64,000 bases of DNA from assembly GCA_000092065.1 (NCBI GenBank), contig CP000581.1; one strand, given 5' to 3'. The position numbers and the translations under genes were made by a program. Below are positions 36,078 through 44,444 of the stretch, piece after piece. The notes below the pieces were generated by a model. The model did not search any database. It was not told where the DNA came from and was given only the letters and a program-made list of their open reading frames with translations. Position 1 is the stretch's first letter; every line of letters begins with the position of its first letter. Origin of the DNA: Ostreococcus lucimarinus. Lineage: Eukaryota.

Positions 36078-37205
36078 CTAGTCCGGCGTGAGGAGTTCAG
36101 ATTCGCCGCCCCGCGCGCCGCCTCCAGGTTCGACTTCCAACGGAGGTGCGGTCGGTGACGCCATCGACGGTGCGACGTAATCATCGCGACCGAAATCGGC
36201 TTTCGCATCGTTCCCACTCTTGTAATGCGATTCTTCGTCCGACGTCTCCACTCCTAGAGGCACGCCGTGCGTGCGTAAATATTCCGCCAGCGTGAAATGA
36301 TTATATTTCCCCGCGATATCGACCGCGGTTCGCCCTCGAACGTCTCTCGCGGCTGGATTTGCGCCGAGCACTAGTAACTTTTTGCACGTCGCCTTGTTCC
36401 CGTTCGCGGCGGCGATCATGAGCAACGTCTGCTCATCGCTCGTCTCGTCGCGCGCGTCAACGTCTAAGCCCTCGGCATCGACCAAACGTTCCATTTCGTA
36501 CGTACGATTCAGTTTGCACGCCCGAATCGCCGCCGTCATGACCTCGGCCTCTCGCGCGAACGGCGACGACGACGCGCGCGAGCCGCTCTCTGTGCGCGAA
36601 CTGGACAGCCGCGCGCCGGCGTCGAACGCGCTCGCGCCGATCCACTCCGTGTCGTCGCTGAACGTGTCTATCGCGGGATTGTTCAAAATCTCCAAAAGCT
36701 GCCCTGCGACCGTACCGATGGACATGATTTCATCGCACAACGCGTACGCCTCTTTCAAATCGGCGCCGCGCTCGACGTCTCGCGCAAACGTCTCGTAATC
36801 CATATCGCCAATAATCTCCGACCGCTCCTCATCGAACGACGTCATCAAAAACGCAAACACCGACCGTATTTCCTCATCCGACAACCTCTTCCATCGCACC
36901 GTCCGCGTCAGCCGATCGATCACCGCGTCCAGTCGCGTCGGCGTCCACAGCGCGCCGCATCGAACGCTCGCGCACGCCCGCCAAAAATCACACAATCGCA
37001 CCGTCCCGCGCCCGAACTGATCGCACATCGCGTGAAACCGTCGAAACACCACCGAACGCTCCCAGTCATCGCGTCCGAGCCCCAACGCGCGCGCCATCAC
37101 GCGCTTCTCCAATTTCGCCTCCGCGCTCCCGAACCCGTCCCGAACGACCGCGCGCAGGATTATTCCCGGTTTCGTCGCCCCCCGCGGTCGCAGCGCGGCG
37201 TACAT
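36078..37205 (-). CDS. Ankyrin-repeat protein
   Basis: C-terminal ANK repeats (TLLMIAAANGNKATCKKLLVLGANPAARDVRGRTAVDIAGKYNHFTLAEYLRTHG). Listed ORF start 37331 is GTG. First ATG at 37205 (MYAALRPRG...). The N-terminal domain is unassigned. Confidence 0.5.
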   Translation of the reverse strand: MYAALRPRGATKPGIILRAVVRDGFGSAEAKLEKRVMARALGLGRDDWERSVVFRRFHAMCDQFGRGTVRLCDFWRACASVRCGALWTPTRLDAVIDRLTRTVRWKRLSDEEIRSVFAFLMTSFDEERSEIIGDMDYETFARDVERGADLKEAYALCDEIMSIGTVAGQLLEILNNPAIDTFSDDTEWIGASAFDAGARLSSSRTESGSRASSSPFAREAEVMTAAIRACKLNRTYEMERLVDAEGLDVDARDETSDEQTLLMIAAANGNKATCKKLLVLGANPAARDVRGRTAVDIAGKYNHFTLAEYLRTHGVPLGVETSDEESHYKSGNDAKADFGRDDYVAPSMASPTAPPLEVEPGGGARGGESELLTPD

Positions 37206-37920
37206 CGCGTCTCCCAGCCGCACCTCGCGCGCGCTCGCGTGCGTCCCGCGCCGGCACCGCCTGCATCGCCGAACAGCGTCGTCGTCGTCAGTCGTCCCTC
37301 GTCGTCGTCGTCGGCCGCGGCGCGTAACCACCGCGTCGGCATCCGCGCGCGTTTCGGCGCTCGCGCCCGCGCGCGCGCGCAGTCACCGCGACGCCGGCGC
37401 GCGTCGCGACTCGGTTCGCGATCGCTCGCGCACCTCGCGCTCGCGCACGCCCCCATGCGCGCGATCGCCGCGCGTCGCGCGCTGGCGTCGTCGCCGCGCG
37501 CGCGCGCGACCGACCGCGCCGACCCCATCCACCACTTGAGTCAAGACTCATCAGCGATTACATGGTAAAACCTTCCCTTGAATACGAGTCGCGCAAAACG
37601 ACGCGTCGATCGAAGCGACGCCGCGCGTCGGTCGACTTTTCGCGCGCGTCGTTTTGCGCGCTGCATACGCTCCGCGCGCGCTTATGTACGACGACGTCGC
37701 GCGTCGCGGGCTTTTATGTCCGCGCGCGCGCCTCGCGCGCGCGGCGACCGCCGACGGCGCGCGCGCGGCAGTCTGCGTCGCGCGACGCGCGGCGATCTCG
37801 ACGCCGTCGACGCGAGAGAGGTGCGTGGAAATTATCGCGACGCGCGCGCGTCGAGCGGCGCGCGCGGCGCGCGCGCGGCGCGCGGGAGGGTGGACATCGC
37901 GCGACGTCGCGCGCGAGGGC

Positions 37921-37974
37921 AAACGCGCGCGCGGTCGATCGGGGGAAACGCGCGGCGCGCGCGGTCGATCGGGG
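37921..37974. repeat. Two tandem copies of about 28 bp (AAACGCGCG..GCGCGGTCGATCGGGG) in the ankyrin / P-ATPase divergent promoter
   Basis: aaacgcgcgcgcggtcgatcggggg aaacgcgcggcgcgcgcggtcgatcgggg, seen directly. Each copy carries the GGTCGATCG palindrome core. Confidence 0.6.
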
Positions 37975-38282
37975 AGGTGGGCGCGCGCGCGGCGCGCGCG
38001 CGGTGGTTGAATATCGCGCGGGGTGGGGACGCGCGCGAACGGGGCGAACGGGACGCGCGCGCGCGCGCGAGGGGAGGGTTCGCGGCGGATTGATCGATTG
38101 GGGTATATGCGGTCGCGGGGCGGTGCGGACGGCGGTCGTGGACGCGCGCGCGAGGCGCTGGGGGGCGGGCGGGCGAGCGGGATGCGTTCGGGGAAAGCGT
38201 ACTGACGATCGACGCGCGTGATTCGCGAAAAACAGGTTGACGCGTGCGCTGGAGACGCGAGCGCTTTAAGTAGAGGTTTGCG

Positions 38283-41200
38283 ATGTCGGCGGCCAAGGCG
38301 GCGGCCAAAGCGGAACGCGCCGCGGCGCTCCGTAAGGATGTCGACTTCGTCGAACACACGTGGGCGGCGGAAAAGCTCTATGCGCACTTTGGATGCACGC
38401 TCGAAGATGGTTTGTCCAACGAGCGCGTGCTCGAGAACCGCGCCAAGTACGGCGAAAACCGGCTGACGCCTCCCGAGGTGACGCCGTGGTACATCAAGTT
38501 TTTGATGCAGTTTGCGAACTTTTTCGCGCTCTTGCTTCTCGGGGGTGGGGTGCTTTGCTTCGTTGGTTACGCCATCGATAGTGAAAAGGATCAAACGAAC
38601 TTGTATCTCGGCGTGGTGCTCTTCACCGTCGTCATGATTACGGCGACGTTTTCCTTCTTGCAAGAAGCCAAGTCCGAAGCCATCATGGAGGGTTTCAAGA
38701 GCATGATCCCGAAGAAGTGTAAGGCGATCCGTGGCGGCAAGGCTGTCGTCATCGATGCCTGGGAGCTCGTTCCGGGTGATGTCGTCGATCTCAACGACGG
38801 CGACCAAGTCCCGGCGGATATTCGCGTCATGCGCTCCAACGAACTCAAGGTTGACAACTCTTCTTTGACCGGTGAGTCTGAGCCGCAAGATCGTACTCCG
38901 GAACTCGCGGTCGACTCCAATGGTAACATCGTCACGCAGCCGCTCGAATCTACGAACTTGTGCTTCTACACGACGATCATCAACTCTGGTTCCGGTCGCG
39001 GCGTCGTCATCGGCAGCGGCGATCGCACCGTCATGGGTCAAATCGCTGGTCTCGCCACGGAAACGAGCGGTGAAGACTCGCCGATTTCTAAGGAAATCAA
39101 GAAGTTCATCCAACTCATTTCTATCGTCGCCATCACGCTCGGTATCGTTTTCTTTGTCGTCGGTTTGACCAACGGGACGGCGATTATTCAAAACGTCGTC
39201 TTCATGATTGGTATCATCGTCGCCAACGTGCCGGAAGGTCTCCTCGCCACCGTGACTGTGTCTTTGGCTTTGACTGCCAAGCGCATGCACGCGAAGAACG
39301 TGCTCGTGAAGAACCTCGAAGCCGTCGAAACTCTCGGTTCGACGACTGTCATCGCCTCCGACAAGACGGGTACGCTCACGCAAAACCGCATGACGGTGCA
39401 ACACGCGTGGTACGACAACAAGGTTTACTTCTGCCCGGCGGGTAAAAATATCCCGGATCTCAAGGTTATCTCTGAACCCGGCCAAACGCCGGATGGTGAA
39501 CCGTTCTACGATCAGTCTTCGGAAGCGTTCCAACGCTTGCTCCAAGTCGCCACTTTGTGCAACAACGCCGAGTACTTGACGAAGAGCGAAGACGGCTCCT
39601 TCATCGACCTCAAGGCTGAAATGATGAACCCGAACTTCAATATTCTCAAGCAACCGGCCACCGGTGACGCTTCCGAACAAGGTTTGCTCAAGTTGGTTCA
39701 GCCGCTCAACGACGCTCTCGACACCCGCGCCAAGTACCCGAAGTTGTTCGAAATCAAGTTCAACTCGACGAACAAGTGGCAGCTGTCCATTCACGGGCAA
39801 CCGGGCGGCCGTCCGCCTCTGCTCGTGCTCAAGGGTGCGCCGGAGCGCGTGTTGGCCAAGTGCACGTCGTACTTTTCCAACGGTAAGACGTCGAGCAAGG
39901 ATGCCGAATTCGAGCGCACCTACACGCAGTCTTACGAAGATCTCGGCGGTCGCGGTGAGCGCGTCCTCGGTTTCGCGTTCAAGGAACTCTCTGGATTCAA
40001 GAATGACTTCAAGTTTTCCCAAAAGCCGAAGCCGAACTTCCCGATCGATGACCTCACCTTCGTCGGTCTCTTCTCTCTCATTGACCCGCCGCGCGAAGGC
40101 GTTCCGGAAGCCGTGACGAAGTGCAACCGCGCTCGCATCAAGGTTTACATGGTCACGGGTGATCACCCGATCACCGCAGCGGCCATCGCGAAGCAAGTGA
40201 ACATCGTCTCTCAAGAAAACCTCGACAACGGCACAGCCTGCGTCGTGAAGGGCGACGACATTCGCGCGTGGACTGAAATTGAAGACCCGGTCGCTCAACG
40301 CGCCAAGTGGGACGCGGCTCTCGATCACAAGCAAATCGTTTGGGCGCGCGTGTCTCCGGCACACAAGCTCTTGATCGTCGAAAACTGCCAACGACGCGGC
40401 GAAATCGTCGCCGTCACCGGTGATGGCGTCAACGACGCCCCGGCGCTCAAGAAGGGTGACATCGGTATCGCCATGGGTATCGCCGGTAAGGATGTTTCCA
40501 AGGAAGCGGCTGACATGATTCTCATGGATGACAACTTCGCCTCCATCGTGAATGGTGTCGAAGAAGGTCGTCTCATCTTTGACAACCTCAAGAAGTCCAT
40601 CGCGTACACGCTTTCTTCCAACATTCCGGAAATCGCGCCGTTCTTGTGCTACATCACCGCCAAGATTCCGTCTCCGTTGACCACCGTGCTTATTTTGTGC
40701 GTCGATCTCGGTACGGATATGGTTCCCGCTATTTCCATGGCGTACGAAGAAAAGGAAGCCGACATCATGGATCGTCCGCCGCGCAACGCGCAAACGGATC
40801 GCCTCGTCAACTTCCGATTGATTTCTTTCGCGTACCTTCAAATCGGTATCATCCAAGCCCTCGCTGGCTTCTTCACTTACATGCTCGTCCTTAACGACTA
40901 CGGCTACACGCCGAGCATCTTGATGGGCAACGGCTTGAAGTGGACCAAAAACTCCTTGCTCTGCACCCTCAACGGTGACAGCATCGTGGACACGAATCAA
41001 GGCCGCGCCATCTACCGACCGAAGGCGTGCGGTTTCGGCTGCGCTGACTCGACCGGTACCATGGCGAACATGTGCAAAGGTGGATGCGCCATTCCGGTCG
41101 ATTACGTTCCGAGCACCACAGCCAATCTCGCGTCCCCGTTCCTTGCTCGCTTGGTGTCGACGAATGGAGCGACTGGAGTCACCGTGGATCCGTTCCTCGA

Positions 41201-41810
41201 ATTCGACGAGAATGGATTCCGCGGTAAAGGTCTCACGTGCGGCCGATCTTGCGCGTCGTTGGCATCTGCAACGCTTTCTACTGCCGAGCAAACCGCGTAC
41301 ACGTATTTCTGCTCGGACACGGGTACCACTGGCACTGCTTCCAACCTGGGCGGTGACACGGCCGGCTGGGGATTCTCCAGAGGGTACGTCGACGATAAAG
41401 CCATCGCTCCGGCGGGCGCGTACTACTGGTGGAACGGCGCTCCGCAGACGCAACCGAACGTCGACTACCAAACCGCCGCTCTCGAGTACGCGCAAACCGC
41501 GTACTTCATCACGATTATCATCGTCCAATGGGCCGATTTGATGATCGCCAAGACTCGCAAGTTGTCCATCTTTGAACAAGGCATGGGTAACGACTTCATG
41601 AACTTTGGTTTGATCTTCGAAACCGTCCTCGGCGCCACGTTGTGCTACACGCCCATCTTCAACAAAGTGTTTGGTACGCGCCCGCTGCACGTCCTTCACT
41701 GGTTCTCTGGCGTGCCTTGGTCGATTTTGATCTTCACGTACGACGAGTTGCGCAAGTCTTTGATTCGCTCCAACCCGAAGGGCTGGCTCGATCGCTGGAC
41801 GTACTGGTAA
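38283..41810 (+). CDS. P-type ATPase, type IIC (Na+/K+- or H+/K+-ATPase alpha-subunit-like) with large Cys-rich insertion in the M7-M8 extracellular loop
   Basis: ATG at 38283. DKTGTLTQNRMTV (phosphorylation site), TGDGVNDAPALKKGDIGIAMGIAGKDVSKEAADMILMDDNFASIV, C-terminal ...WLDRWTYW (cf. Na,K-ATPase ...WVEKETYY). Close full-length similarity to the Na,K-ATPase alpha subunit. The M7-M8 loop is about 190 aa instead of about 45 and carries about 10 Cys. Confidence 0.85.
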   Translation: MSAAKAAAKAERAAALRKDVDFVEHTWAAEKLYAHFGCTLEDGLSNERVLENRAKYGENRLTPPEVTPWYIKFLMQFANFFALLLLGGGVLCFVGYAIDSEKDQTNLYLGVVLFTVVMITATFSFLQEAKSEAIMEGFKSMIPKKCKAIRGGKAVVIDAWELVPGDVVDLNDGDQVPADIRVMRSNELKVDNSSLTGESEPQDRTPELAVDSNGNIVTQPLESTNLCFYTTIINSGSGRGVVIGSGDRTVMGQIAGLATETSGEDSPISKEIKKFIQLISIVAITLGIVFFVVGLTNGTAIIQNVVFMIGIIVANVPEGLLATVTVSLALTAKRMHAKNVLVKNLEAVETLGSTTVIASDKTGTLTQNRMTVQHAWYDNKVYFCPAGKNIPDLKVISEPGQTPDGEPFYDQSSEAFQRLLQVATLCNNAEYLTKSEDGSFIDLKAEMMNPNFNILKQPATGDASEQGLLKLVQPLNDALDTRAKYPKLFEIKFNSTNKWQLSIHGQPGGRPPLLVLKGAPERVLAKCTSYFSNGKTSSKDAEFERTYTQSYEDLGGRGERVLGFAFKELSGFKNDFKFSQKPKPNFPIDDLTFVGLFSLIDPPREGVPEAVTKCNRARIKVYMVTGDHPITAAAIAKQVNIVSQENLDNGTACVVKGDDIRAWTEIEDPVAQRAKWDAALDHKQIVWARVSPAHKLLIVENCQRRGEIVAVTGDGVNDAPALKKGDIGIAMGIAGKDVSKEAADMILMDDNFASIVNGVEEGRLIFDNLKKSIAYTLSSNIPEIAPFLCYITAKIPSPLTTVLILCVDLGTDMVPAISMAYEEKEADIMDRPPRNAQTDRLVNFRLISFAYLQIGIIQALAGFFTYMLVLNDYGYTPSILMGNGLKWTKNSLLCTLNGDSIVDTNQGRAIYRPKACGFGCADSTGTMANMCKGGCAIPVDYVPSTTANLASPFLARLVSTNGATGVTVDPFLEFDENGFRGKGLTCGRSCASLASATLSTAEQTAYTYFCSDTGTTGTASNLGGDTAGWGFSRGYVDDKAIAPAGAYYWWNGAPQTQPNVDYQTAALEYAQTAYFITIIIVQWADLMIAKTRKLSIFEQGMGNDFMNFGLIFETVLGATLCYTPIFNKVFGTRPLHVLHWFSGVPWSILIFTYDELRKSLIRSNPKGWLDRWTYW

Positions 41811-41977
41811 ACACGTTTACCGGGGTAGAAGATTCTTCCTAGCTTTTCCTTCCATATCTGTTTTAACGGAAAATTATCAAGTTGATTCATAACTTCATTA
41901 TTCCTATTACACACAGCTAAGACGTACGCGCGAACGAACGATTCGATTTGCTTGACGCGAGACGACAAAGTCGCTCG

Positions 41978-42646
41978 TCACACGATGTCGTGCTTCAGCT
42001 CCAACGCGTTGCATATCCTCCCGATGCAGCACGCCGCGCTGAGCGGATACCGCGACACGGATATAAAATCATCCGTGTACGCCACATCAACCTTCCCGTG
42101 CGCCATCGCCCCGATCGTAAACACCACCGCCGCGTCCTCCGGCAGCGCCTCGACGTATTCGGGCAATTTCTTCACCTCGGGCGCGCTAAACGAAAACCCC
42201 ACCCTTCTCGCTCCCGCCGGGAAGTACTTCGTCACCGGCTGTTTCACCACCTGCATCAATTTTTCCGGTCCGTTCGACGACCGTACGCTCAATTTCTGCA
42301 ACAACTGCACCATCAATCCGCAAAACCGCTTAAACGTCCGCGGCACGCGCGTCTTCGGCGACACCCTGAACAGCACGTTCTTCTGCGTGTTCACGTATAT
42401 CGCCTTCACCATCCCAGCCTTGTTCAGCGGCGAGTCCAATATCGCCAGCAGCGCCTGATGGCAGATGTCCGGTCGGTGATCGCCCGGCTGTTTCCCGTGT
42501 CGACGGATGAAGTTTGCGTGGTCGTCGCAATTCAGAATCGCGTACCCTTTCCCAACCTTGGCCGTCTCGAGCGTCGCGAGCTCGAGGACGAAGACGTACC
42601 CGCCGTCCTTGCGGTTCGCGTCGTCGTCCGGCGGCGGCGGCTCCAT
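41978..42646 (-). CDS. EMG1: Ribosomal RNA small-subunit methyltransferase NEP1/EMG1
   Basis: Start moved to the ATG at 42646 ([35 protein letters not shown]...). [64 protein letters not shown] is near-identical in pattern to human EMG1 ([63 protein letters not shown]). Confidence 0.8.
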   Translation of the reverse strand: [222 protein letters not shown]

Positions 42647-42974
42647 CGCGCGCGCGCGCGTCCGAGCGTCGCGAACTGCCGACGATGGGCGGCGGCGGCG
42701 CGACGCCACTCGCGACACCGCGACGCCGCGCGCGCGACCGCGCGCGCGCGACATGCCGACCGCGCGGTGCTCGACCGCGCGGGGCTCGACGGCGCGCGCG
42801 ACGCGCGATCGTCGACGCGCGCGACGCGAGCGCGGTTCGGGACGAAGGCGCGATGGGACGGGTCGCTCTCGGTCGACGTCGCCCGCGCGGCGCGGCGCGA
42901 CGACGCGGCGACGCGCGGGGGCGTTCACGAAGCTCATCGAGATACCCGCCGCGCGCGGCGTCGCGCGCGGGCTG

Positions 42975-44402
42975 ATGGTGCCGGCGAGGAATTTTTTGGA
43001 CGGGGCGAACGCGCGCGAGGTCGAGCTCGACCGCGTCGTCGCGCGGGCGCCGGACGCGGACAGGACGCCGGCGAGCGCGGCGGCGTTGCAGCCGTTGAGC
43101 GGATACGACGTCGGGGAGGTGCCGTTCGTGATGCAGGCGGTGTGCTATTACGAGAAGACGCTGGACGTGGGGACGCTCGAGCGAGGGCTGCGCGCGGCGC
43201 TGGGCAAATATCCGATGCTCGCGGGGAGGTTGGATTTAGAGACGAAGGGATGGTGGAATAAAGGCGTGCGTTTGACGAACGACGGCGTGCCGTTGCGCGT
43301 GGTGAGAGACGATGATCAGAAGTTCGAGGATTTGCCGCGGGATTACGCGGACGCGACGCGGCGGTTTTTGGATTTCGCGCCTTGGATAGATTTGATGCTG
43401 GGAGACGCGCCCGTGTTCACGGCCAAGGTGACGCAGTGCGCGGGCGGGGGGAGCGTGTTGGGGGTGTGCATGTCGCACGCGGTGAGCGATGGACAAGGAT
43501 TTATTGAATTTTTAGTGACGTGGGCGAAGGCGGCGAACAACGAGGCGCATCCGTGGGGGGATCCCGTGTTCGATCGTTCGCTCGTGGCGCAGCCGGAGGC
43601 GGATATGTCCGTCGAGGACATGCGAGCGATGCTTTCGGAGGAGGGGTTCGATAACATCAACTCTGGGGCGATGCTGGCGAATGCGCTGTTCGCCGGACGC
43701 ACGCTCGTCCCGGACTTTTTGCGTTTTCCCGCGGGGAATCGGATGATGGTGAGCATTAAGGAAGAAAACATGCGCGCCCTGCGCGAGGCATCGGGAGCGA
43801 CAAACGACAACGAAGCGTTGAGCGCGCATTCGTGGCTGGCTTTGGCCGATCTGTGCGATCTTCCGAAAGGCGCGCCGTTAGAGCACGTCACCGTCGTGAG
43901 TGGTCGAGGCGGACGCACGGGTCTGCCGGACATGTACTTTGGCAACGCCGCCATCGGCGTCGTCACGGGTCGCGTCAGCGTGGGCGACTACTCGACGCTA
44001 GCCCAAGTTCGCGACGGTCTGCGACCTGGATTCACAAAGGCTATGATGCGACGGAATAAATACTTAATGCTCACGGAAGCCGCGTTTCGCGCGGGTGTGA
44101 ACGGATTCGACTTCGACATCATGGCGTTCATGCAGGGTCAAATGGTGTGGTGCAACAATTTGGTTGAAATTTACAAAAAGTTGTACGACTTGGATTTCGG
44201 CACGGGCGGTCCGACCCTGGCGCTACCTCCGGAGCTGAATGATATCGTGCAAATCCAGTGTTCACGACCGGATCGCGCGACTGGGGCCCCCGCAGGGGCG
44301 AACGGGGTGGAGATGTTCATCAATCTTCCTCCTGCGGTGATGCGCAAATTGCGAGAGCCCGACTCCGTCGCGCGTTTAGCGGGTCAGACGGGCGTTAGAT
44401 AG
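42975..44402 (+). CDS. BAHD/HXXXD-type acyltransferase (transferase family)
   Basis: ATG at 42975. HXXXD motif (CMSHAVSDGQGF) and DFGTGGP (a DFGWG-motif variant) near the C-terminus. About 475 aa, typical for BAHD. The upstream portion of the ORF from 42507 is an Arg-rich artefact. Confidence 0.7.
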   Translation: MVPARNFLDGANAREVELDRVVARAPDADRTPASAAALQPLSGYDVGEVPFVMQAVCYYEKTLDVGTLERGLRAALGKYPMLAGRLDLETKGWWNKGVRLTNDGVPLRVVRDDDQKFEDLPRDYADATRRFLDFAPWIDLMLGDAPVFTAKVTQCAGGGSVLGVCMSHAVSDGQGFIEFLVTWAKAANNEAHPWGDPVFDRSLVAQPEADMSVEDMRAMLSEEGFDNINSGAMLANALFAGRTLVPDFLRFPAGNRMMVSIKEENMRALREASGATNDNEALSAHSWLALADLCDLPKGAPLEHVTVVSGRGGRTGLPDMYFGNAAIGVVTGRVSVGDYSTLAQVRDGLRPGFTKAMMRRNKYLMLTEAAFRAGVNGFDFDIMAFMQGQMVWCNNLVEIYKKLYDLDFGTGGPTLALPPELNDIVQIQCSRPDRATGAPAGANGVEMFINLPPAVMRKLREPDSVARLAGQTGVR

Positions 44403-44444
44403 ACTGATGTGTAAAGAAATTGCTGTGCTATATAATTTCATCTG

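Noticed and set aside
37551-41699. 1382-aa ORF on the minus strand
   Set aside because: Exactly antisense to the P-type ATPase gene, whose sense strand carries unmistakable motifs. The antisense translation is Arg/His/Val-rich with no domain. Long antisense ORFs are expected at 65% GC with G/C-ending codons.
41948-43261. 437-aa + ORF and the upstream part of 42507..44402
   Set aside because: Antisense to EMG1 or in the spacer. The BAHD homology begins at the ATG at 42975.
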